From the NCBI RefSeq assembly GCF_026571515.1, contig NW_026864532.1, positions 62,001 to 126,000 of the forward strand: a stretch of 64,000 nt of DNA, read 5' to 3'. The DNA is from Ruditapes philippinarum. Lineage: Eukaryota. The translations under genes were made by a program, and so were the position numbers. This document shows, piece by piece, positions 15,001 through 23,570 of the stretch. Under the pieces are notes generated by a model. The model had not been told where the DNA came from. It saw only the letters and a program-made list of their open reading frames with translations, and did no database searches. Position 1 is the stretch's first letter. Every line of letters starts with the position of its first letter.

Positions 15001-17016
15001 TGTTTCATGCCAAATATCTAAGCTCTAGCTCTTAGGGTTTTTTAAAAGAAGATATTTAAAGTTTTTACTTTCGGTTGCCATGGCAACCAGAGTTCTGCAT
15101 GGAATTAAATTCTTTGAACAATTTTTAAAGGTGACCACCGAAGGAACATTCCTGTGAAGTTTGGATGAAATTGGCTTAGTGGTTTATGAGGAGATGTCAT
15201 TTAAAGTAAAAGTTTACGGACGGACGACAGACGGACGGACGAAAAGCGATCACAAAAGCTCACCCTGTCACTTTGTGACAGGTGAGCTAAAAAGGTTTTA
15301 ATTTATGATTTTTTTTAATGATGAGTGTTATTTCTAAGAGAATTAACAATCTTCAAGGATTTTTTTTCTAAAATAAAGACTTTTCAATGACTTTTTCAAG
15401 GACACCCTGAATTCAAGCACTTTTCAAGACCCAGATCGTTTTCAAGCACTTTTCAAGACCTGTGCGAACCCTGATATTATGATGTGCCAAAAAGCAAAAC
15501 TAATCAATTTCATATAACAGGCAGGTTTTATACATTCTTAATTGGAAGAGGTTGCAGAATTGAAATAACATCATCACTTTGTTATCATATGAAGATATTC
15601 CAGCTTTCTTGGTAGAATGCATTATTTCAGACAACAAGAGCGATCAGTAATCACATGTGTCGCCTCATGATGGCCAATTTCATGTTGGGACAAATTTTGT
15701 GACAGACGGACAGTGCACAACTAGACTTGGTACTGAACATTCCTGTAAAGTTTGGATAAAATTGCACCAGTAGTTTATGAGGAGTAGTCCGGACAAGCTT
15801 TTGCGTATCTGGCAACACACAGAAAAAAACACCTTTTTATCAAAGGGCCATAACTCGGCCAAAAATCATTCAACCAGAAAACTTGTGCAATATGCGCAAG
15901 GACTTGAGCTACAGATCAATCCTGTAAAGTTTCATTGAAATTGCATTAGTGGTATAAGAGGAGTAGTCCGGACAAACTTTAAAATTAAAAATTATTAAAG
16001 GGCCATAACTCTGACAAAAATCATTGAACCGGAAAATGCTGACACTATGCACAACTAGACTTGGTACTGATCATTCCTGTAAAGTTTGGATGAAATTGCA
16101 CCAGTAATTTATGAGGAGTAGTCCGGACAAGCTTTTGTGTATCTGGCAACACACAGAAACAAGAGCGATCAGTAATCACATGTGTCGCCTCATGATGGCC
16201 AATTTCATGTTGGGACAAGTTTCGTGACAGACGGACAGACAGACGGACAATGCACAACTAGACTTGGTACTGATCATTCCTGTAAAGTTTGGATAAAATT
16301 GCACCAGTAGTTTTTGAGGAGTAGTCCGGACAAGCTTTTGTGTATGTGGCAACGCACAGAAAAAAACACCTTTTTATCAAAGGGCCATAACTCGGCCAAA
16401 AATCATTCAACCGGAAAACCCGTGCAATATGCGCAAGGACTTGAACTACAGATCAATCCTGTAAAGTTTCATTGAAATTGCATTAGTGGTATAAGAGAAG
16501 TAGTCCGGATAAACTTCAAAAATAAAAATTATTAAAGGGCCATAACTCTGACAAAAATCATTGAACCGGAAAATGCTTACAATATGCACAACTAGACTTG
16601 GTACTGATCATTCCTGTAAAGTTTGGATGAAATTGCACCAGTAGTTTATGAGGAGTAGTCCGGACAAGCTTTTGTGTATCTGGCAACACACAGAAAAAGA
16701 AACGTTTTTATCAAAGGGCCATAACCCGGCCAAAAATCATTCAACCGGAAAACCCGTGCAATATGCGCAAGGACTTGAGCTACAGATCAATCCTGTGAAG
16801 TTTCATTGAAATTGCATTAGTGGTATAAGAGAAGTAGTCCGGACAAACTTTAAAATTAAAAATTATTAAAGGGCCATAACTCTGACAAAAATCATTGAAC
16901 CGGAAAATGCTGACAATATGCACAACTAGACTTGGTACTGATCATTCCTGTAAAGTTTGGATGAAATTGCACCAGTAGTTTATGAGGAGTAGTCCGGACA
17001 AGTTTTGTGACGGACG

Positions 17017-17048
<32 letters not shown>

Positions 17049-17049
17049 G

Positions 17050-17081
<32 letters not shown>

Positions 17082-20000
17082 GAAGTGATCCCTATATGTC
17101 GCCACTACTCCGTAGAGGCGACACAAAAAACACCTTTTTATCAAAGGACCATAACTCGGCCAAAAATCATTCAACTGGAAAACCCGTGCAATATGCGCAA
17201 GGACTTGAGGTACAGATCAATCCTGTAAAGTTTCATTGAAATTGCATTAGTGGTATAAGAGAAGTAGTCCGGACAAACTTTAAAATTAAAAATTATTAAA
17301 GGGCCATAACTCTGACAAAAATCATTGAACCGGAAAATGCTGACAATATGCACAACTAAACTTGGTACTGATCATTCCTGTAAATTTTGGATGAAATTGC
17401 ATCAGTAGTTTATGAGAAGTAGTCCGGACAAGTTTTGTGACGGACAGGCGGACGGACGGACGGACAGACGACGGAGAAGTGATCCCTATATGTCGCCACT
17501 ACTCCGTAGAGGCTACACAAAATGGGCACTGAACCTTCAGACAATATCACCATAAACCAAACTCATCATTTAATTAATTTTTACCATGTCACACACAAAA
17601 ATTACCTTCTGGATTCAATGAACGCATATTTCTTGTCTTTTCAGCATTGTATGGCCTCACTTGAATCTGGTGTTCTAGGATAGTAGCAGGGTACTTGTCA
17701 AAGAACATCTCGTTGACAGCCATGTCAAATGTGGGTATCACTTCCTGTGGATAATTAATCAGCTGACGATACAGATCAGCATCAAACTCGCGCAGATGCT
17801 CGCAGTTTATGTTAAGGAATGGTTCTCCGATGGCATTGATCTGTAAGAGAGAAATTAATAAATTATTCATTAAATTTATCAAGCATTGTAATACAAATGT
17901 GTTAAGGTATCCTTTTATTAAGTCTGTAAACACAAAACAGCCATATCATACAAACACTTTGCTTACTTTAGTCACCAATAACACTGCAATACTGACCCTA
18001 AACTATAAATCCGAAGGACAACTTATACAACTAATTGCTAATTAATTCAGTAGTTTTTTACCTCTTCAAGTCTCTGCAAGTAGTAAGGCTGGTTGATGTC
18101 CATGCCTTCAAATGCCTCGTCCTCATCAACGTTCTTTTCCACAAACTTCAGAATAAATCTGCGGAACTTCTCCTTGCAGTGACTTACGACTACATCTGTT
18201 CCCCAGATTACCAGCTGTGGTCCGGCATTTGTATCACTTGTAATATCACTTGTCATTCTGGTAGCTTCCTGCAAATTTTAACATTACAATTTGAATTAAT
18301 ACAGGGAAACCAAAGTATTCAACTGCTATATATGAGCTGTGCCATGACAAAACCAACATAATGGGTTTGCGACCAGCATGGATCCAGACCAGCCTGAGCA
18401 TCCGCGCAGTCTAATCAGGATCCATGCTGTTCGCTTACCAACCCTATTACAAGTAGAGAAACTGAAAGCGAACAGCATGGATCCTGATCAGACTGGGCGG
18501 ATGCGCAGGCTGGTCTGGACCCATGCTGGTCGCAAACCCATTATGTTGGTTTTGTCCTGACGCGGCTCATATTATCTTTCATTGAGCAACAATTTATTAA
18601 TAATAACTCAATCATTTTAAATAGCATTTTGAGACATATTTACACTTAATTTTAAAGTCATTCACATTTATCCAAAGGTAGTTTTAGTACATATTATGCA
18701 AGCAAAACAAGATGAACAAAACTGTAACTCACAGCTTTAAGGCAATACATTTAGCTCAGTATCAGACCTATCAATGCAAAATGTCCAAATTTTACATCAC
18801 TCAAATAATTCCAATTCTAAATAGAAAGGATTGTTTGTATTCTCAAACAAACTGCAACCAAAACATGTTTGTGTTGTTAGATAGTTCATATGCCTGAACA
18901 TCTGCCTCAAGTACAATATGCCATCTTCAAATAACTCCTAACATACTTTTTGTTAAGATTCTTCTTGCACTTTTATTCAGACTCTACTTACACTTTGTTC
19001 AGACCCTCCAATGGCCACAGTTCTCATTTTTCTCTCACTATGAATATCTGGGCGTGACCTAATTGGTGTTTCGCCAACCCCGGGAGTGCGAGGCCCTCCT
19101 CTACTGCTTGGTGTACCATAGTTTAGTGGAGAACTTAGATCAATTTCACTGGTTGGAGCTACGAATATAAGCAAAAAACACATCTTTAATCTTTAACTTT
19201 TAATTTCTAGTTTATTGATTTTTTTTATCTGATATCAACACTCAATAATTATGCAACATAAACCGAACAAGCATAACTATCTTTTACTAAAAGTAGATTA
19301 CCTAACACAATCATGCTTAAATGCATTTTCCTGACAAAAATAAATGGAAATGTATGTCTGTACATCTGACCATAATGTACTTCAATCTATACATGCTGAA
19401 ATGTAATTTGCAGCATCAACAATGCCTTTATAATGATAATGATTTCAACACTTTTTTATTAAATGGGCATATCTATTGCCCTAACTCAGTGGTAAGGTGT
19501 TTACCACAACTTTTACGCAATATTTTGACGTTGCACGGAAAAGTTGTGGTAAACACCCTATCACCGTACCTATTGAGAAAGCTAAAATTTGCAATGAAAT
19601 GCCATTCTCTTATTCAGTCCTGTAAATAGCTATATAAACACAAACTAAAAGATGAAACTAACCTCCGGCTCTCTGTTGTGGGCTTGAGAACAAGGAAGAT
19701 TCCCCACCAGAAGGCGGGGCAGCTGGTGAAGAAGGTAGAGGAGCCATGTCACCACCTGGAGAGGCTTCAACTCTACGTCTCTGGGCTGGTGGGGATGACA
19801 CTTCATCTTCCTTGGCTGCTTTGGCCTTTCGTGCACTTCGTCTGGCTAATTAACCAGTAAAATGTAATGAAACAGTTATGCAGTTACTTAAAATATTGGT
19901 ATGGCAGGGCTCTCGTTAGCATTTTGAGACTGGGGCCAGGGTCCATGCAGTGGGGGGAATTTTGCATGATTTTCAAATATTTTTCATTCAAGGGGGAATT

Positions 20001-20893
20001 TTTTTTCAGTAAGACTTGAAATTATGCATTTTTGGATGCTTAAAACTGTCCAGAATGTCTTATTTATATATACGTACTAATTTCCGATTGCCGTTCGCGG
20101 AATACATACTAATTTCCAGTTGCCGTTCGCGAAATATATATTCAAGGGGGCTTTTTTTTGGTTTTAGGGGGAAAAAAACACGTTTTGGTGGGGGAATGGG
20201 GCCGATATTCGGACCCAAATTTTACCAAACGAGAGCCCTGTATGGTAAACATTTAAATTGTTGTCATCAATTCATATATCTGAAAGATTGACCTATTTCA
20301 TTCAGTCTTGCCAAATTCTAATTTACAACTGTGCAACTTTTTAACAAATTAAATACTTGCAGCAAACAGGATTTATTTCCTGGATTTTGGAAACATGAAT
20401 TTGGAATTTCAGCAATATTTTGTTAAAAATTAGGAAATAACACACATAAAATTTCTATATAGAGTATGCAAAAGGCTTTGCATTCCTTGTGTTTATTTAT
20501 AGTTAAAGGGGTATATTTGCCTTTATTTTTTTTAAATATTTGCTTGTATTTTTCAATTATTGATAGAATGTCTAGCTCATGTGCTGAAATATATTTTAAG
20601 ACGTATATATTGGAAAAAAATGCAGTTGAACTATTACGTGTTGTTGCCGTTGAAGCTTCTGAAGTGGGACTGCTTGGTTCGTCAGCACGTCCTCTCTTGC
20701 TCCTACGACGTGGTGTTAATGGTGAATCCATCTACATGAAAGATAGAAAATGTTGCAAATTACTGACGATGTCTCTTCGCTGTTTTTCGTTTTCTTCTAG
20801 TTTATATATTATTATCTATAATTAGAATTTGTAAATCTAAACATATCATAATAAACAGCTTCAAGAAGATTATTTTTGAGTGGTTCTTACCAT
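3071..20893 (-). CDS. MCM4: DNA replication licensing factor MCM4 (CDC21), 17 coding exons, ~884 aa
   Basis: Exons, 5'->3' on minus: 20891-20893 (ATG only), 20638-20731, 19663-19845, 18992-19158, 18062-18268, 17606-17840, 12082-12324, 11526-11760, 9848-9939, 9349-9451, 8241-8417, 7821-7914, 6056-6210, 5500-5617, 4842-5083, 4126-4336, 3071-3166. All introns are GT-AG with consistent phases; total 2655 nt. Motifs: SP/TP-rich N-tail, [21 protein letters not shown], Zn finger CYVC-x18-CTNC, Walker [10 protein letters not shown], Walker [10 protein letters not shown], arginine finger [23 protein letters not shown], and an MCM4-type C-terminus [25 protein letters not shown]. Confidence 0.97.
3696..3965 (-). 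mobile_element. tRNA-derived SINE, family 1 (near full length) in MCM4 intron 16
   Basis: Reverse complement of the 23295 copy: GTGGCTGAGTGGTTAAGG box A, GGGTTCAAA box B, body GAGGAAGCTATCCAGCTAGC...GGTCTTCCTCCACCAG, (AAAC)n tail. Confidence 0.88.
5690..5855 (-). mobile_element. Degenerate SINE family 1 fragment
   Basis: AAGCTAGCTGGATAGCTTCCTCA core and decayed tRNA head, as in the 3696 copy. Smaller remnants lie near 5230-5290 and 8090-8165. Confidence 0.65.
6559..7715 (+). mobile_element. HINE / pearl-like (Helentron-associated) element with ~6 x 145-bp internal tandem repeats
   Basis: Starts AACTAGA with subterminal ATACCCC. Repeat anchor AAGG(C/T)CCC at 6787, 6925, 7070, 7216, 7361, 7506. 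GACG/GACA microsatellite follows. 3' hairpin TATACCCCC...GGGGGTATAA. Flanks are A-rich with no TSD. Orientation label is by convention. Confidence 0.85.
8570..8725 (-). mobile_element. Degenerate tRNA-derived SINE (different family)
   Basis: Minus strand starts GTGGCCGAGT (box A-like), has a box-B-like GGCTCAAACC and a body containing AGTACTGGT. Confidence 0.55.
10125..10300 (-). mobile_element. Degenerate SINE family 1 fragment
   Basis: CCAGCTTTAC...TGCATTATTTC...AAGCTAGCTGGATAGCTT...CACATGAAAGAATCCAAAGTCCCTGTCGGGA matches the 23295 copy. Confidence 0.75.
10382..11385 (+). mobile_element. HINE / pearl-like element with ~167-bp tandem repeats (family B)
   Basis: AACAAGAG start, 4-5 units containing GGGGCGGGGCCAATTTTGACCCCAGGG, palindrome GGTTGCCATGGCAACC, ACGG/ACG microsatellite, 3' hairpin TAGCTCACCCTGAGCATATGCTCAGGTGAGCTA. 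Confidence 0.85.
13230..13606. mobile_element. MITE with ~37-bp perfect TIRs nested in the hAT-like element
   Basis: TAAGGCCATCCTTAAAAAAATGTTTGTTTGCAGTAAC at the left end and its exact reverse complement at the right. A TA (or TWA) target cannot be separated from the TIR. Confidence 0.85.
13735..15292 (+). mobile_element. HINE / pearl-like element family B (~7-8 x 167-bp units) nested in the hAT-like element
   Basis: 5' AACAAGAGGGCCATGATGGCCC and subterminal GCTCACCTG, complementary to 3' CAGGTGAGC. Same 167-bp unit as 10382. GACG microsatellite. 3' hairpin AGCTCACCCTGTCACTTTGTGACAGGTGAGCT. Confidence 0.88.
15633..17521 (+). mobile_element. Two nested copies of one HINE (family C): outer 15633-17521, inner 16158-17126; alternating 155/179-bp subunits
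   Basis: 5' end AACAAGAGCGATCAGTAATCACATGTGTCGCCTC occurs at 15633 and 16158. The 3' end, (GACR)n plus hairpin TGTCGCCACTACTCCGTAGAGGCGACA, occurs at ~17095 and ~17490. The whole block splits a SINE remnant (…TGCATTATTTCAGAC | AATGGGCAC…). Confidence 0.9.
18334..18568. mobile_element. Palindromic MITE (~105-bp arms), GAG...CTC termini, ATAT TSD (Sola-like signature)
   Basis: Near-perfect fold-back over almost its whole length. ATAT at 18330-18333 and 18569-18572. The superfamily call is inferred from termini and TSD only. Confidence 0.85.
19905..20240. mobile_element. hAT-like MITE with CAGGG termini and a 5-bp TSD
   Basis: TIR CAGGGCTCTCGTT / AACGAGAGCCCTG; TATGG at 19900-19904 and 20241-20245; internal ~30-bp duplication at ~20075-20135. 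Confidence 0.85.
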
Positions 20894-20960
20894 TAAAAAT
20901 ATTACTTTAAGAAGAAATCAATGGAAACTGTACCTTTTTTTGCTTTGTTTATGTCGGCTA

Positions 20961-20986
20961 GTCACGTGTTGAAATCCGCGGGAAAA
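20961..20986 (-). promoter_or_regulatory. MCM4 proximal promoter/5' region: E2F site (TTTTCCCGCG) with adjacent E-box (CACGTG)
   Basis: The minus strand reads TTTTCCCGCGGATTTCAACACGTGAC, 70-95 bp upstream of the first ATG. It matches the E2F consensus TTTSSCGC, and MCM genes are classic E2F targets. Confidence 0.7.
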
Positions 20987-21919
20987 GTTCTAAACTCGCT
21001 AATTCACATGCCCGTTTGTAACATGATAAGTGTATGCAGATTTAACACATACTTGCTCCGCCTTCTAAATCGTAGGAATATGGTGTGTAAAATTTATTCT
21101 GTTTACATGTAAAGATTTATGTTGTATTTAATTCACATTTAAATCTTGTAAATTATAAAATATTTTAACATTTATGCAGTACAAAAGTATAATAGTATAT
21201 TTTCAACCGTGTAAAAGGGAAAAAAGATAACAGAACTATTTTTACTAAATAACAAATAGCCCAAAGTATCCCGACTGAAGGATTTTTGGTAAACGGAAAA
21301 AGGGATCGAGTGAGAGTACACTTTGCATATTTAGCCCCGCCTATAAATTAAGCACGAATTTCTGATAAAGCGTTATCATCCTGATTATCTATGGAAATGA
21401 TCAGCGTCACTGTGAAATAGTGCATTATGCTAAATCCTCCTAATAAATATATGCGTATGTCTAAAAAATGGAAACAGGCTTTAAAGTCTTCAGGACATAC
21501 AATCGTATCCTAATGGTTTTTCATTCATACAGTATGCCTAATAATTTAATCAGCATATGAACCTATGTGAAGATATCAAGTAAGATGATGAAAGGATCAT
21601 CTGAATGTGCATACAATGTATACTTATGTTCATTATTTAAAGATACATGAGGAATCAAATTATAAGAGGAGCATAAGATCATCAACAGGAACATATACTC
21701 TAGTTTTGATAGAAGATGTATGAAAGGTTAATGCCAGATGAGCAGGGAATAATCTAGATGTAAATATACATTAGTACTAGTTATGGAACAGATATGAAGG
21801 GTCACCTGGTCTTTTAGATGTATAAACACTGTAGTTCTTAAAGAACATATATGATGGAAATACACATTATCTTTTTTTATCATGGAACAGATACAGTTGA
21901 GTTCACACTAAAGGTTACA

Positions 21920-22025
21920 CAAAGTGCACTAGGAGTGCACTAGATGTGCACTACTAGTGCACGTTGAAGTGCACTACTAGTTCACTACTAGTGCACTTCA
22001 TAAGTGTACTTTGTAGTGCACCAGA
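21920..22025. repeat. Degenerate GTGCACT(A) palindromic minisatellite
   Basis: About 9 irregular GTGCAC / ACTAGT units. Confidence 0.6.
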
Positions 22026-22673
22026 ACTATTATATGTATTAAGCAGTTACCTTTTATTTCAATGAATAGCAATTTGACTTTTACAAAAAGATAGATAAAT
22101 ATAGATATCTACATAATAGTTTTTCATAATAAATTTGAAGTTGTGAATATTGGATTTTGTAAAATATGGCGTAAAATATTAGGACAATAATTTTACTGAT
22201 TTTGTACTTTAAAACTTAATTGTTAGAATAAGTTAATATAAATGATTATTACTTTAATGTTGATAAGTGCATAAATAAATAAACAAAATTAATTGATATT
22301 TAATATAATTCTATTTTATTATAATCTGGTATAATGACATATGAAACATTGAATACAATACAATACAATACAACATTCTTTTATTTCGTCAAGGTTACAT
22401 TTTAACAACAGACATTATAATAATCAAGTAAATAAATACATATGTGGATATCAAATAGCAAACAGTTACATATAGAGTTTGCCTTTATTTGAGAGTTGCA
22501 TTCTACTAAACCAGTCGGTAATAAATTGACCAATGCCAATCAGTGTTTGTTTAATTAACAAATGAACGTTAGATAAGTTCGAAGAATTTTGCTTTAAGAA
22601 TATTTCACTGTGATCAAGGGTAGTTTTAACATAATCAAGCCATTTGAATGTGTAATCACTAGGTATATGTTAA

Positions 22674-22779
22674 TTAGTGTTCATCCGTGCTGTTCTACAG
22701 AAATTAGAAATTTCGACGGGAGCGATAGCGACAGGAGAATGTTTCTAATTTCTGTAGAACAGCTACGGATGAACACTAA
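22674..22779. repeat. Hairpin element (~37-bp arms) inserted in the LINE 3' region
   Basis: TTAGTGTTCATCCGT-GCTGTTCTACAGAAATTAGAAA pairs with TTTCTAATTTCTGTAGAACAGCTACGGATGAACACTAA around a ~30-nt spacer. Confidence 0.75.
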
Positions 22780-23294
22780 CATATTTAGTGTCAAGCTTTA
22801 TTTGGCCCTTGATTACGTCACTACGCGGTTTTATAAAACACTATGAAAAATAGAAGGCGACTATGAACGGTTTTCAATACAGTATCGACTTTTTTTCTTC
22901 TATGAAAATTAACACACATAATTCTTAAGAAATACAGCGTTTTCATTGGATGACAAATAAAGCTGGACACTAATTAACATAAAGTTGTTGAAAAAATTTG
23001 AGTATTTATATTGATGATCTTGCACTATTTTTTCCCAAAATTTAATAATACTTGTTTTGATAACAATTTCAAGCGGATGTCTACCTAATTCGCCATAGAG
23101 CATGTACGCAGGAGTACTTTTTCTGCAATTTGTTATTTTACGCAAAAATTCAATATGTACTTTTCCGTCTTGAGTATTTTCTATTCCCCATATTTCGCAT
23201 GAAAATAACAAAATTGGAACAATGGTGTTCTCAAATAGTTTGAGTTGTAAATCAAGTGGTAAACAAAGATTATTAATTCGTTTGAGTTACAAAA

Positions 23295-23570
23295 GGTGAG
23301 TCAGTGGCCGAGTGGTTAAGGTCGTTGGCTTCAAACCACTTGCCCCTCACCGCTGTGGGTTCGAATCCCGACAGAGACTTTGGATTCTTTCATGTGAGGA
23401 AGCTATCCTGCTAGCTTACGGAACGTCGGGGGTTTTACTCAGGTACCCGCTCGTGCCTGAAATAATGCACGGAAGGGCACCTGAGGTCTTCCTCCATCAG
23501 TAAAGCTGGAACGTCGCGATATGACCTATACTGTGTCGATGTGACGTAAAATCCAAAACAAACAAAAAAA
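23295..23570 (+). mobile_element. tRNA-derived SINE family 1, full length, inserted into the LINE RT
   Basis: Box A GTGGCCGAGTGG, box B GGTTCGAATCCC, conserved body, (AAAC)/A tail. Imperfect TSD TCGTTTG(AGT)TACAAAAGG on both sides. The LINE frame ...NLLYKR resumes as INNLCLPLDLQ after it. Confidence 0.92.

Larger units (their letters stand above)
12357..15473 (-). mobile_element. Internally deleted hAT-like DNA transposon with a 6-bp TSD, carrying a transposase N-terminal remnant and two nested insertions
   Basis: TIRs CAGGGTTC(AA/GC)ACAG; TSD ATATTA at 12351-12356 and 15474-15479; subterminal TTCAAGCACTTTTCAAG repeats. Minus strand ~12860-13020 reads [46 protein letters not shown], a BED-like C2H2 finger with an in-frame stop. 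Confidence 0.82.

Noticed and set aside
14395-17353. ORFs such as MKHLL...GPAPGV and RQTD repeats
   Set aside because: These are translations of HINE tandem units and GACA microsatellites.
6787-17430. Regular repeats resembling a CRISPR array
   Set aside because: The units are contiguous 145-179 bp tandem repeats with no unique spacers, there are no cas genes, and the context is a spliceosomal intron.
18378-18560. 60-aa ORF MDPDQP...
   Set aside because: Lies wholly inside a palindromic MITE.
1500-21000. Intronic snoRNAs or hammerhead ribozymes
   Set aside because: The CTGATGA and box C/D-like words I saw lacked the required stems or partner boxes. An Infernal/Rfam scan would be needed to exclude them.
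23295-23372. Functional tRNA-Sec/Ser/Leu gene (also at 3900, 31180, 37045, 50499)
   Set aside because: No acceptor stem. Four copies continue into a SINE body and A-rich tail, some with TSDs; the 31180 copy runs into a minisatellite.
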